Shown here piece after piece: positions 11,716-23,600 of a DNA stretch of 64,000 bases. The notes beneath the pieces are model-generated. The model worked only from the letters and a program-made list of their open reading frames with translations. It was not told the DNA's origin and searched no databases. Both the position numbers and the translations under genes were made by a program. The DNA lies in assembly GCA_964016885.1 (NCBI GenBank), contig OZ024743.1, forward strand, positions 90,582,001-90,646,000. Direction: 5' to 3'. Position 1 is the first letter of the stretch, and every line of letters begins with the position of its first letter. The stretch is from Eledone cirrhosa. Lineage: Eukaryota.

Positions 11716-14282
11716 CTGCAAGAGATAAATTATTTTTAGCTGAATAGAAATACATGTCTTGAATCTATTTTATAGTCATGGAATTGTTAAAAATACACAC
11801 AAACAATATATATATATACTCATGAATAAGTTACACCTTCATCTTATATACAATATTTAATGCCTGTTTTTCCTGTTAGTAAGAGTTGGACATGGCACAT
11901 ACATACTGCTCAGTACTCAAGTGGAGTCTCTGACCTCCAGTGATCTAGGGACTCGACATACAATCCCTGAGGGCATTTTATTGTGGGAGTTTAGACCCAT
12001 GGAAAAATATGTGGCATATACACAAGTGTGTTTGGCATTTTAAGACCCCCTTTCGGTCATGAATGACCATGGTTTTGCACCTAGAAATTTCCCTCCAAGG
12101 CACAAGTCCGGGCAAGGTTGCTGTGGAAGACCAGTAGTCACCCATACATACCAGTCTCCCCTCTCCACACCACCAATGTTGTCCAAGGGAAAGGCAATGG
12201 CTGATACAGCTTAGCACTAGTAATGTTGCAACTCATTTCTTCAGCTGAGTCAACTGGAGCAATGCAAAATAAAGTTTCTTGCTCAAGGACACAATGCATT
12301 ACCTGATCCGAGAATCAAACTCACAACTTCTCAATTGCAAGCCCAACACATAGTATATATATATATTGTTACAAAGTTGATTGATAATATGAAGATTGAT
12401 TTACTCACAGACTTGCTATTGTTTTCTATTATTTCTGAACAGATTTTTTCTAAGTATTCAACATTTTGTATTTGGTTCCAATTTCTGGACTGTACAATAG
12501 AAGCAGGAGTTTGGGAAGGATCTTCAAACAGTAACGACAAAACCTGGAATACAAATTGACATTTGATTAAACATTAAAAATATTTTTGTAAACAAAATCT
12601 ACTATAAATACTTATATATAAGCTGCACTTCTATTTTACTTCCAGTATTTACAATGTCCTTAATACAACTGAAAGGTCCTCTCAACCTTTTGTTTGGTAT
12701 AGTTTCTATGGCTGGATGTCCTTTTTAACACCAACCACTTTACAGAGTACTGGGTGTATTTTATGGTGGTACCAACACCAGAGAGGTTAAGTCCTTGATA
12801 ATTATATTACTACCCACATATCTCCATCTGTGTGACATCTCTTAGAAGGGAAATTTTTTGTTCAATGGCTGCATTACAATGTGATTGTTAACCTATTCAT
12901 TACCACATTTCTAATTATAGATACTGCCTTAGTTTTCAAATAATCAAAAATTTGGAAGGATTGTAATAATAATAGTTATAATAATATAACTTTCTTGTTA
13001 TTAAGCTAGTGTGCATTGGCATAACCATTAGATCATTCCATTATGGCTCTTTATGTTTTGAGTTCAAATCCTGCTTTTCTCAATACTGGAAGGATTACTT
13101 TTTATCCTTCTGGGGTCAATAAAATACCATTTAAGTACTGGGGTTAATTTAATTGACTTTGCCATCCATCCTCCCGTATCGGTAGAGGGTTGGACGCCAT
13201 GCTTTGCAGCACAGTTACGTCCCTTTATGGTCTGAGTTCAAATCCCGCCGAGGTTAACTTTGCCTTTCATCCTTACAGGGTCGATAAAATAAAGTACCAG
13301 TAATACACTGGGATAATTGCTGGCCTTGTGCCAAAAGTAGAAGCAATTATTAACCCTTTACGTTTAGCGGTGGATTGGCAGTATCGGTAGAGAGTCAGAC
13401 ACCATGCTTTGCAGCATTGAGTTACGGTCCTTTATGGTCCGAGTTCAAATCCCGCCGAGGTTAACTTTGCCTTTCATCCTTACGGGGTCGATAAAATAAA
13501 GCACCAATAATGCACTGGGATAATTGCTGGCCTTGTGCCAAAAGTCGAAACAATTATTAACCCTTTAGTTACCAACCTGGCCAAAAGAAGCTCTGGTTCT
13601 ATGAAATAAAAAAACCACCCATTGTAAAAGTTTCTAATTTAAATTAAAATCTTCCAACATAATTTTAGATAAGAACCTTACATTAAGTTACTATTTAGTA
13701 ATGAAATGATTAATAATCTTAGTAAATCCCTCAAAATTCTTAATTAATTAATTAAAATAGAGTGTATTTCATTAGAAATGCGGTCATGAAAGAGTTAAAC
13801 AGATATTTGGGAGAGAACAAATATTCTTACATAAAATTATAATGGAAGTCTTTTAGATAAATATAAACACTTTAACCCTTTCATTACCAAATTTTTCATG
13901 AAAGACATTGCCTAAGATTATCTGATGATTTGGGAACATAACTTAACAAAGTTTCATACATAAAATTATGATGGATGGTTTTTAGATAAATATAAACACT
14001 TCAAAATAAACAGTACTGTATTGTAGAACCAGGAGGGGTGTCAGGCAGTTTGGTATGAAAGGGGTTTTGAGGACAGAGAAGTAAGAAACAATACATCAAC
14101 CTAAACATCTCTACAAATGCTATGTCTGGTTATATCTCATAATACTGCTTAGAAAATAAATGATTTGAGGTTCAATCCCACTAGGTGCACCTTGGGTAAA
14201 TCTGTCTTCTACTATAGCTTTAGACTAACCAATGCCTTGTGAGTGAATTTGGTAAATAGAGACTGTGAGGAAGACATGTATA

Positions 14283-14315
<33 letters not shown>

Positions 14316-14650
14316 CATCATCATCATCATTTTACGTCCACTTTTCCCTGCTTGCAAGGGTGGGACGGGAACTGATTCTGGCTTGATTTCTACAGCTGGA
14401 TGCCCTTCCTACCACCAACCTCATTTACAGTGAGTGCTGGGTGCTTTTTTGCTGTGGCACCTCCACGACCACTTTACAGTGGAATGATAGGGACTGGGGT
14501 CCCTATCATCTCATTTCTACAGCTGAGTAAACTGGAGCAATGTGAAATAAAGTGTCTTGCTCAAGGAAACAACACATCACCCGGTCTGAGAATTGAACTC
14601 ACAACCTTTCGATTGCAAGGCCAATGCTCTAACCACTAAGCCATGTGCCT

Positions 14651-14715
<65 letters not shown>

Positions 14716-17700
14716 TGTAATAAACAACATAAGGCAATTATCCCATTTACCAGTGGTTTCTTAAAAGCAAAAAATCTTGCTTTCAATCATCAGAATGAAA
14801 AAATCCTGGTGTATTTATTGATATTGGATTCCCCCCCCCCCCCCCCCCACAAAAAAAAACTTTTTTCATTCATTTGCACACATATATATATATATACAAC
14901 GATGATGATGATATATATATATATATATAAAATCATCATCATCATCACCGTTTAATGTCCATTTTCCCACGCTACCATGAGTTAGATGAGTTGTCCAGTT
15001 GTGGGATAGGACAGGTCAGGTGACCATGTCTTGTTCATACAGAACTGATTTTCGCTTGGTTTCTACAGCCGGATGCCCTTCCTAATGCCAACCACATTTA
15101 TAGTGAGTACTAGATGCTTTTTGTTGTGACACCTACATGACCACTATATATAGTGCTGGTGTCATGGTAAAACCATGCCAAAAATGGAATGTGGTCCCCA
15201 ACCTCATTAATCTTTGACTGACAATCCATCCAATGCTGCCAGCATGGAAAATAGATATAAAAATGATATATTTATGTATGTGTGTATGTCTTTATATTGA
15301 CATTGTTTAAAGGAAAATGCTAACCTTTAGGTTAGTGGTTTGACAAAAGTCAAAGGTTTATGTATATGTATGTGTCTGTAAATCCTGATGGAGTCATATG
15401 AGTACCATATACAGAGTGTCTTGAGCACTTTAAACCTGGCAGAGCTCATCTCCTCTCCAGATAAGAAGACAGCTATCTTCTTCCAGAGAAAGAGATATAG
15501 AGGAAGAATCGATCCAATGCTTGACTGGTACTTTTTTTTTTATCAACTTTGAAAGGATAGAAGGACTTCAGCAAGATTTAAACTCAGAGCAGAGAACTGG
15601 AATGAATACCACAAATCATTCTGACATTCTAATGGCTTGTCAATTTGTCATACTGTATTTATAAATATAAACAAAGTATGGGTTGGTATCAGAAAGCTCA
15701 TCTGGCTCAAGAAGTTCTGTCCCACCCATGCTAGGCCTGGAAAGAGTAGATCTAAAATGCTATTGATGATATTACCTCTTTTGCAGTACCTCTGGAAATC
15801 TCATCCCGCACCAACATCTCACAGATCTCTGCCAAAGCAACACCAGTTATACCACTTTGAAAGAGAAAAATATAGAAATGATACATTTTTGTTTTATGCA
15901 GAGGATATGTAAAGTCTGGAGAGAACTGAAGTGAGCATGCTCAGATGGATGTGCAATGTTAATGTGTGTGAATGATGAAGCAGGGATGAGATGAGAGAAA
16001 AACTGGGTAAAAGAGGAATCAGATGTAGTGTGCAGGATAGAAGACTACTCTGGTATGAATATGTGATGCATAAGGAAGTGCTAGAAAATCCCAGTGAAAA
16101 GCAGAGCAGTAGAGGATGACCCGATCAGAGGTGGTGAGAGCTGATTTGATATTGTTGAGGCTGACAGAGGAGATGACAACAGAAGGCAATAAATGAAGGT
16201 AGGCTGTGTTGAAGAGAACCTATCCAACCCATGCAAACATGGAAAAGCAGATGTAAAATAGTTATGATAATGATGCAGGCCTCATGGAAATCTTCATACC
16301 ATGAGGTTCTTTTTGAAGCAATGTTTCAGGGTGAGATGCCCTCTCTAACACCAACCCTATCACTTGCCTCTTACTACATGTAGGAATACTATGTACCTAT
16401 TCTAAACTGGATACACACAGAATACAGGTGATGAAAGATATTTCATCAGATCACATTGCAAACACTGAACAGTTCTTGTTGTTACTGAGAATATGAACAA
16501 TTTAATATGGACCCTAGACAGCTAACCTCCTCCATAAAATCAGATCGATAGCAGCCTGTCTGAGGAAGGAGTCCTGCAAGGTGGGATGGCTGTTGCAGCG
16601 GGTGTCGCTGGTCATTGTCTGCAGAAATGCCTTTGCCATTTTCTCTGTGGGGCGTAGTTGAAACACTGCACTGACTGAGTCTGTTGCCCTCTCCTCTTCC
16701 CCCTTTCTTTCTTCCCTTGTCTTGTAGTCTTTGCTCTTTCCCTCTCCTTTATGCCATTTATACTCCTTTCCAATACTGCTTTCTTTTCCTGTATGTTTAA
16801 TCAAATTCTCCAATGGACCTACAGAATTTACTAAGAAACTATAGTAATTATAAGAAAACAAAGTATTTAATGATGCTGTTAACATTCGTTCTGTTAAGTG
16901 TTAGTTCCTTTGTTAGGTGGAATAAAAGATAGAGCCTGGTCTGAAATATTTCTTTGCCTTAACCCTTTAGCATTTAAACCAACCATATTCGGTCAGAATT
17001 CTCTCACCTCTTTCTGTTCAAACCGACCATAACTGGCTGCTCATACTGACGTTAAGATATTGTTCTCAAAATAAATAATATCAAAATATCATAGATTTGA
17101 TATTATGTGAGATAAAGTGTTTACCGTGAAAATATAACAGTAAATATAGAGTAATGTAATGCTAAAAGGTTAATCATTGATTTTTAATATTATTAGGAAT
17201 AAAATGATGAAATCTTATATGTTGACTGGAGTGAGTATTACTGAGAGAGAGGAAGAGAAACAATGTATTGTAGAGCATGATGATAATAGAGCCAGTGATA
17301 AATGTTGTGAAGAGAAAAGGAATGAGATGGCTGGGTCAAGTGTTGAGGAAGGATGAAAGTGATTGAGTGAAAGGATCGATGGAAATAAACGTGGTAAGAA
17401 GGGAAGGGGAATACCAAGAAAGACATGGCTGGGGATGATGAAGGAGGAAATGAAAGATAGGGGGTGATGCAAGGCTACTTTCTAAATGGCTGTTGTTGTT
17501 GTATTGTAAATGTTTAGTGGGTACCAACCTTTGCTTCACACTGGTACGATAGGTATTTATATAGTAAAGAAACTCATTAAGTAAAAGGTTGCAGATACTT
17601 TGAACTGAGGCCAAACGTCCCTTACTGGCCTTTACTGTGTCTTCAAACAGCTGCAGTAAACCATCTTCATACTAGAATTAAAATAAAACAAAAGGGATTA

Positions 17701-20605
17701 TAAAGAGTAGAGGGATGTGTAGCGGTTGTCTCCCTTGTTTTGATTAGGATCTAGACGGGAAGTGGAACCCTTTCTGCAACTTCCGGTCAGAGCCCTATAA
17801 AACTAACAACTTTAAGCTTCCTTCCTCTCTTTGCCTTTTCGGCACCAGGACGAAGAGCCTCTCATTTGGCTCTGCCATTAATTTGGCCAACAGGCGCCTG
17901 GCCTTAGCCAGGCGCCCTCTGCCAGCCGCATTTGCCTGGCAATCAAAACGGTAACTACTAACTTTGTTTCATTCTAACATCTATCTTTGACATGTCAAGT
18001 ATTCTATCTACCGTTAATTAAATATTATATACACAAACCATGTCTCGTTTTGTTACATTCATACAACCCAGTATCCTCGCTATATTGGTAACCCTGACGT
18101 GATACGAACACGCAGCCGTTCATCGCTATATTGGTAACCCTGACGTGATACGAACACGCAGCCGTTCATCGCTATAAGGGTCACCCCCCAAAAAATAAAA
18201 AAATAGCACATCTGGTTTTGTGAGTAACATTACGAATACACAGCAAATTTAGCGACAAACTATGAAAATACTCAAGGACACGCACACACGCACATGTGGA
18301 ATTCGCACAGACATACTTTTTCTCTCACGCATCAATTAACTGTCGCATTTCACCAATATATATATATATATGTTTCTCGTTTCTTACAACGAACACTTTC
18401 AAAACAAAAAAAAAACATTTCACGATATATATATATATGTTTCTCGTTTCTTACAACGAACTCTTTCAAAACACAAAAAAAAAAGAAATTTGATATTCTT
18501 TAAAAAACATTTCAACAGGAACATTTATTTTCGATGAACCATTGCCTTTTGTTCTTCGTTCTAGTTTTTTGTTTTTTTCCAGAGTTCACACCAATAATTA
18601 TGCTGAGTGAAGCCTTTCTTTTTCATCATTGTCACTTTCAAAATTGCACTATCATTTTCTCGCGCGTTAGAAATATTTTTTTTCAACCTTGTATTGGCAC
18701 GTGTAGGCAGCATAAATTCTCGATTCACTGAGATGTCTCTACTCACAGACAGCCGCACGCCAGAGATAGCATTTCTCCCCCAAGGATTCTTCAGCCTTAA
18801 GCTATATTCTTCTATTTGCCGGTTTATAAATTTACAATGTAAATTTACAGTTGATAACCGCGCATTTATTAGGAATGCTTATTTCTCTGGTCGCTGGCCT
18901 CTTGACCCTTCCAGGTCAACGCATTCTCAACATCGACCATCAACTTCGGCTACTATTTCTAGCACTTTGCGCAACTCATTTTTTCTAAAAAAAAAATTTT
19001 TTACTGTGAATTTAAACACCGAATACGCTCACTCAGCGAGACAACAGCAGCAGCAACAGCAATACATCAATACAGCTTCACCAAAGCCAGAGAATTCATT
19101 TTTGCAGCACTCTTCCTGTGAGAAAATCCATTCGGAGGTTGGAAATTTCACGATATACCACAGAACAGAAACCACCTGCATTCATTCTCTGGAACACACT
19201 TTCTTTCCTGCTGTCATGTGATTGCACACCTGTGAACTATATTTTGAACTTTGAGCTCTTCTATTACTTTTACTTTATTACATTGTATCTTTGGGTGATG
19301 GATAGATGGATGTCCAGTCGTTCTCTGGCCAAGAGCGGTTGGCTACCTTGATATCTATCATTGATTTTTCCAAACATTCTTTTGTCGTAATTTTCATGCC
19401 TGTTACAACATTCTCGCCAACTTGCTACATATTTTCATTTCGATTTTTATACACTAAAATTCTGGCGGGAGGTTATGTAGCGGTTGTCTCCCTTGTTTTG
19501 ATTAGGATCTAGACGGGAAGTGGAACCCTTTCTGCAACTTCCGGTCAGAGCCCTATAAAACTAACAACTTTAAGCTTCCTTCCTCTCTTTGCTTTTTCGG
19601 CACCAGGACGAAGAGCCTCTCATTTGGCTCTGCCATTAATTTGGCCAACAGGCGCCTGGCCTTAGCCAGGCGCCCTCTGCCAGCCGCATTTGCCTGGCAA
19701 TCAAAACGGTAACTACTAACTTTGTTTCATTCTAACATCTATCTTTGACATGTCAAGTATTCTATCTACCGTTAATTAAATATTATATACACAAACCATG
19801 TCTCGTTTTGTTACATTCATACAACCCAGTATCCTCGCTATAGATGCTTCAAATCCATGCAAGCATGGAGTAGCAGATGTAAAACAATGTGGGTCATTTT
19901 AATTGATAACTCACCAAAAGAGTCTTTGAAATAACGTTACTCATTAAAGTGCATAGCCCAGAGATGAGAGAGTCACTACAAGTAGAGCCGCTATTTAGCT
20001 GAATTGAGAGATCTCAGCTACAATACTATGGAATGTCTCGGGAAAGAATCGCTGGACAGATTTTATGGGCAAAACCAACCAGCAGGAGACCCTGGGGTAG
20101 ACCCCGAGCAAGATGGTTGGATAACATCCATGAGCTTGGTTGCTTTTACTTGGGGGGGTCTAGCCGGATCAGTTGGAGACGGTTTTTTCTGACTGAACCT
20201 GCTGGAAGGAGGGTTTTAGGACTCTGCCTTTACGACCCTCCCAAGAAGAAGAAAAAGAAAAAGAAAAAGAAGAAGAAGAAGAACAACAACAACAGCAGCA
20301 GCAGCAGCAGCAGCAGCAACTTACCAAAAGTACATTGATGACTTCAACTGACAAATTGTAACATTTACGCAGCTCATCTCGTTTTTGTTGTGGCAATTCT
20401 GGTATGTGTTTTTTGAGGACATCTATGTTGATAATTTGTGAATGTGCGTCAGAAGGAACAGATAAATTGTCATAGACATAAACAGGAAGTAAATTTGGTT
20501 CTGGCATAAATCGATAATCTTGGAAACTCTCTTTGTCTCTCATTGGTACTGTTTTACTGGAATTATATTATTATATATTTCAAACTTCTGGGGAAAGAAA
20601 TTGTT

Positions 20606-20638
<33 letters not shown>

Positions 20639-23600
20639 AGTAAGAATATTTTTGAAACAGCGAGCGGGTTTGAAATTATTAGAAATGTAAGCTATCGCCG
20701 TATTAAAGAAATTAAAGAAATTATTTAGCCTGATAGTGGGGTTAAGAACCCTCGGAGAAATGGAAAAAGACGAATATTGATGTACATGGGAGTCGAACCC
20801 ACATCTTTGGTTATCCGGACCACTGTGCTACCATTTACACCAACACATCACCCGTCTTTTTCCATTCAAATTAGAAGCTATAAACTTATATATATATATA
20901 TATACAAATTTAAATAAGTTTATGGGTGAAAAAAAGACGTTAAAGCCTAAAGTTTTGTGCATGTGCATAGGGAAAATGAATATGTGTATGATATATGTAG
21001 GGTGTGCATGAATGTAAGTGTGTATGCGTACTGAGGAACGCAGATTTAATTTTTCATCCATTCAAATTAAATCTACCAGCCATCAACTTCTCCAATTGCT
21101 CTCTAAGCCCCTACCCACGGAATCTCTTGATAATGGATGGTAACTCAGAAAATATTTTAGATTAATAAAATTGTTGAGGTCAAATTCTACCATTTTCACT
21201 CTTTTCTCAGTCCTTTTAATAATAATAATAATGAAATTATTGTGTAAAGTGCTCAGGTGCACTACAACTCGTCAAAGGTGTATGTATAGTACATAGAATA
21301 ATACACAAATGTCAAGTGAATAGTGTATGAGTCATGGTATACATGTATGTGTATGGAGGGGGAGCATTAGGTGTAGTGTTGGCGGATCTCAGGAAGCATG
21401 GAGACCATAAAGGATGCAGTGTCTCGACAGCTAACAACTGATGCAGGTAGTTTGTTCCATGCTTCAGCAACTCTGAGCGTGAAAAAATGTTTCCGAAAGT
21501 CATGGGAACTGTGCTGTTTTCTGGCTTTGTGGGCATGCCCACGTGTGTTAGACACATGGAAATCAAAAAGGTACTCAGGGTTGTTGTTGGCAAGATGGTT
21601 AATAATTTTGTGGGTGTTTACCAAGTCAGTTGCCAGGCGTCGGAGCTTCAATGTATCCAGGGAAGCAAGGCGCTCAGAGTATGGTAGATGCCTGATGGAG
21701 GGTATTCGCTTGGTTGCACGTCTCTGAACAGTTTCCAGGTGGTCAATGTTCTGAGCAAGATAGGGGTTCCAGACTGGTGATGCAAATTCTAAGTGTGGCC
21801 GCACCGTAGCCATGTACAGCCTTAAATAGATAGCTGGAGAGCGGCTGACAAAGGTCTTGCTGAGTGATGCTAAGACACCCTCAGCCCTCTTGACAATTTT
21901 AGAGACGTGCTTCGTCCAACGCAAATCGCTGCTGACCGTAATGCCCAGGTCACGTTCACAAGAAGACTTCTTGATATTAGTGTTGTGGACGCTGGGTTTT
22001 TACTCCCAAAATGCATGGTGGTGCACTTGTCCACAGCTAGTATAACTCCTATTACCTTGACACTTTTACTCTTGCACGCATTGTCAGGCTTCCAAATATT
22101 TAAACTTATCTAAATTTGTATTTCTTATTCCACAATGCTTCAAGCAAAATATAACACTTTATTATATATATATATATATATAGATACAAACAAACACACA
22201 TATACTCAGCTTCTACATATGTCCACATATGTACTGTTTATCACATAGTTCAATATAGCACTTATTGCACCCCAATGATCAATAAATGTTTAATATCATA
22301 ACTGAACATTTCACATTATTGTGTTTATTAAAGGCGGTGGATTGGCAGTATCGGTAGAGGGCTTGGCGCCATGCTTTGCAGCAAACAGTTACGTCCCTTG
22401 CCATTCTGAGTTCAATCCCGCCGAGGTTAACTTTGCCTTTCATCCTTACGGAGTCGATAAAATAAAGTACCAGTAATACACTGGGATAATTGCTGGCCTT
22501 GTGCCTAAAGTAGAAACAATTATTATGTTTATATATATATATATATTGTTTCTACTTTTGGCACAAGGCCAGCAATTATTCCAGTGTATTACTGGTACTT
22601 TATTTTATCGAACACGTAAGGATGAAAGGCAAAGTTAACCTCGGCTGGATTTGAACTCAGACCGTAAAGGGGCGTAACTCTTTGCTGCAAAGCATGACAT
22701 CCGACCTACCGATACTGCCAATCTACCGCCCTTATATTATGTTAATATATAATGTGGAGGTGTGTGGCCTAGTGGTAAGGATGTGGGATTTCTGATCATA
22801 ATGTTCTGGGTTCGATTCCTGGACCGGGTTGTATGTTGTATTCTTGAGCAAAACACTTCATTTCACGTTGCTCCAGTGTACTCAACTGAAAATGAGTACC
22901 AACAATAGCTGGGGGTTTAACCCTGTGATGGATGCCGTCCTGTCCTTGGGGGGTCTTGTATTCGCAGTTGCTTCACACCATGGAAACTGTGATAAGCACT
23001 GGCCTGACAAGTCTCCTGGCTTGAGACAAACTTTTGACTAAACATGTTTATTATATTATTTATTACTTGTTTTCTTGGTTTTCCTTTCTTCTTTGGGTCT
23101 CCTATCAGTTGGTTTTGCCTGTAAAATATTTTATTATCAAGATGGTATGTCATACATACCACCTTGATAATGAAATAATAAAAAATGTTCATAAACCCCT
23201 TGATGATCCATCCAAATCATGCAAGTGCCAGAATGGAAAGCAGGCGAAAATAATGATGATGATGATAATCATCATCATCACTGTTTAACGTACATTTTTC
23301 CATGCTGGCATGGGTTAGACAAGTTATCCTGTTGTGAGCAATGCCAGGTCAGGTGACCATGTCATGCTCATACAGAACCGATTTTGGCTTGGTTTCTACA
23401 ACTGGATGCCCTTCCTAGCGCCAACCTCATTTACAATGAGTACTGGGTGCTTTTTGCTGTGTCGCCATCACGACCACTTTACAGTGTGGACTGGGCACTT
23501 TTTGTTGTGTCGCCATCATGACCACAGTGTGGGCTGGGGGCTTCACTGGATGTACTTCAGCTTGTCCTCATGGGAGATGTATGGGAATGGGTGGGGTGGT

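Larger units (their letters stand above)
17718..19842 (+). mobile_element. Non-autonomous LTR retrotransposon (TRIM/LARD-like, probably Gypsy-dependent), recently inserted in GATB intron 8
   Basis: Two 367-bp direct repeats (17718-18084, 19476-19842) with one substitution seen; termini TGTAGCG...CGCTATA; 4-bp TSD GATG (17714-17717, 19843-19846); PBS at 18086; purine tract GGCGGGAGG before the 3' LTR; no recognisable gag/pol. Confidence 0.95.

Noticed and set aside
16514-16885. 123-aa minus-strand ORF with a GC-richer 3' half in GATB intron 9
   Set aside because: No recognisable domain and not needed for the GATB frame; probably a fragment of an unclassified repeat.
18607-19221. 204-aa ORF inside the LTR element as a possible gag or accessory gene
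   Set aside because: Non-ATG start, low-complexity F/S/Q-rich sequence, and no zinc knuckle, protease, RT or integrase motif.
20778-20849. Functional tRNA-Ser(GGA) gene
   Set aside because: Lacks U33, purine 37 and the long Ser variable arm; kept only as a tRNA-like element.
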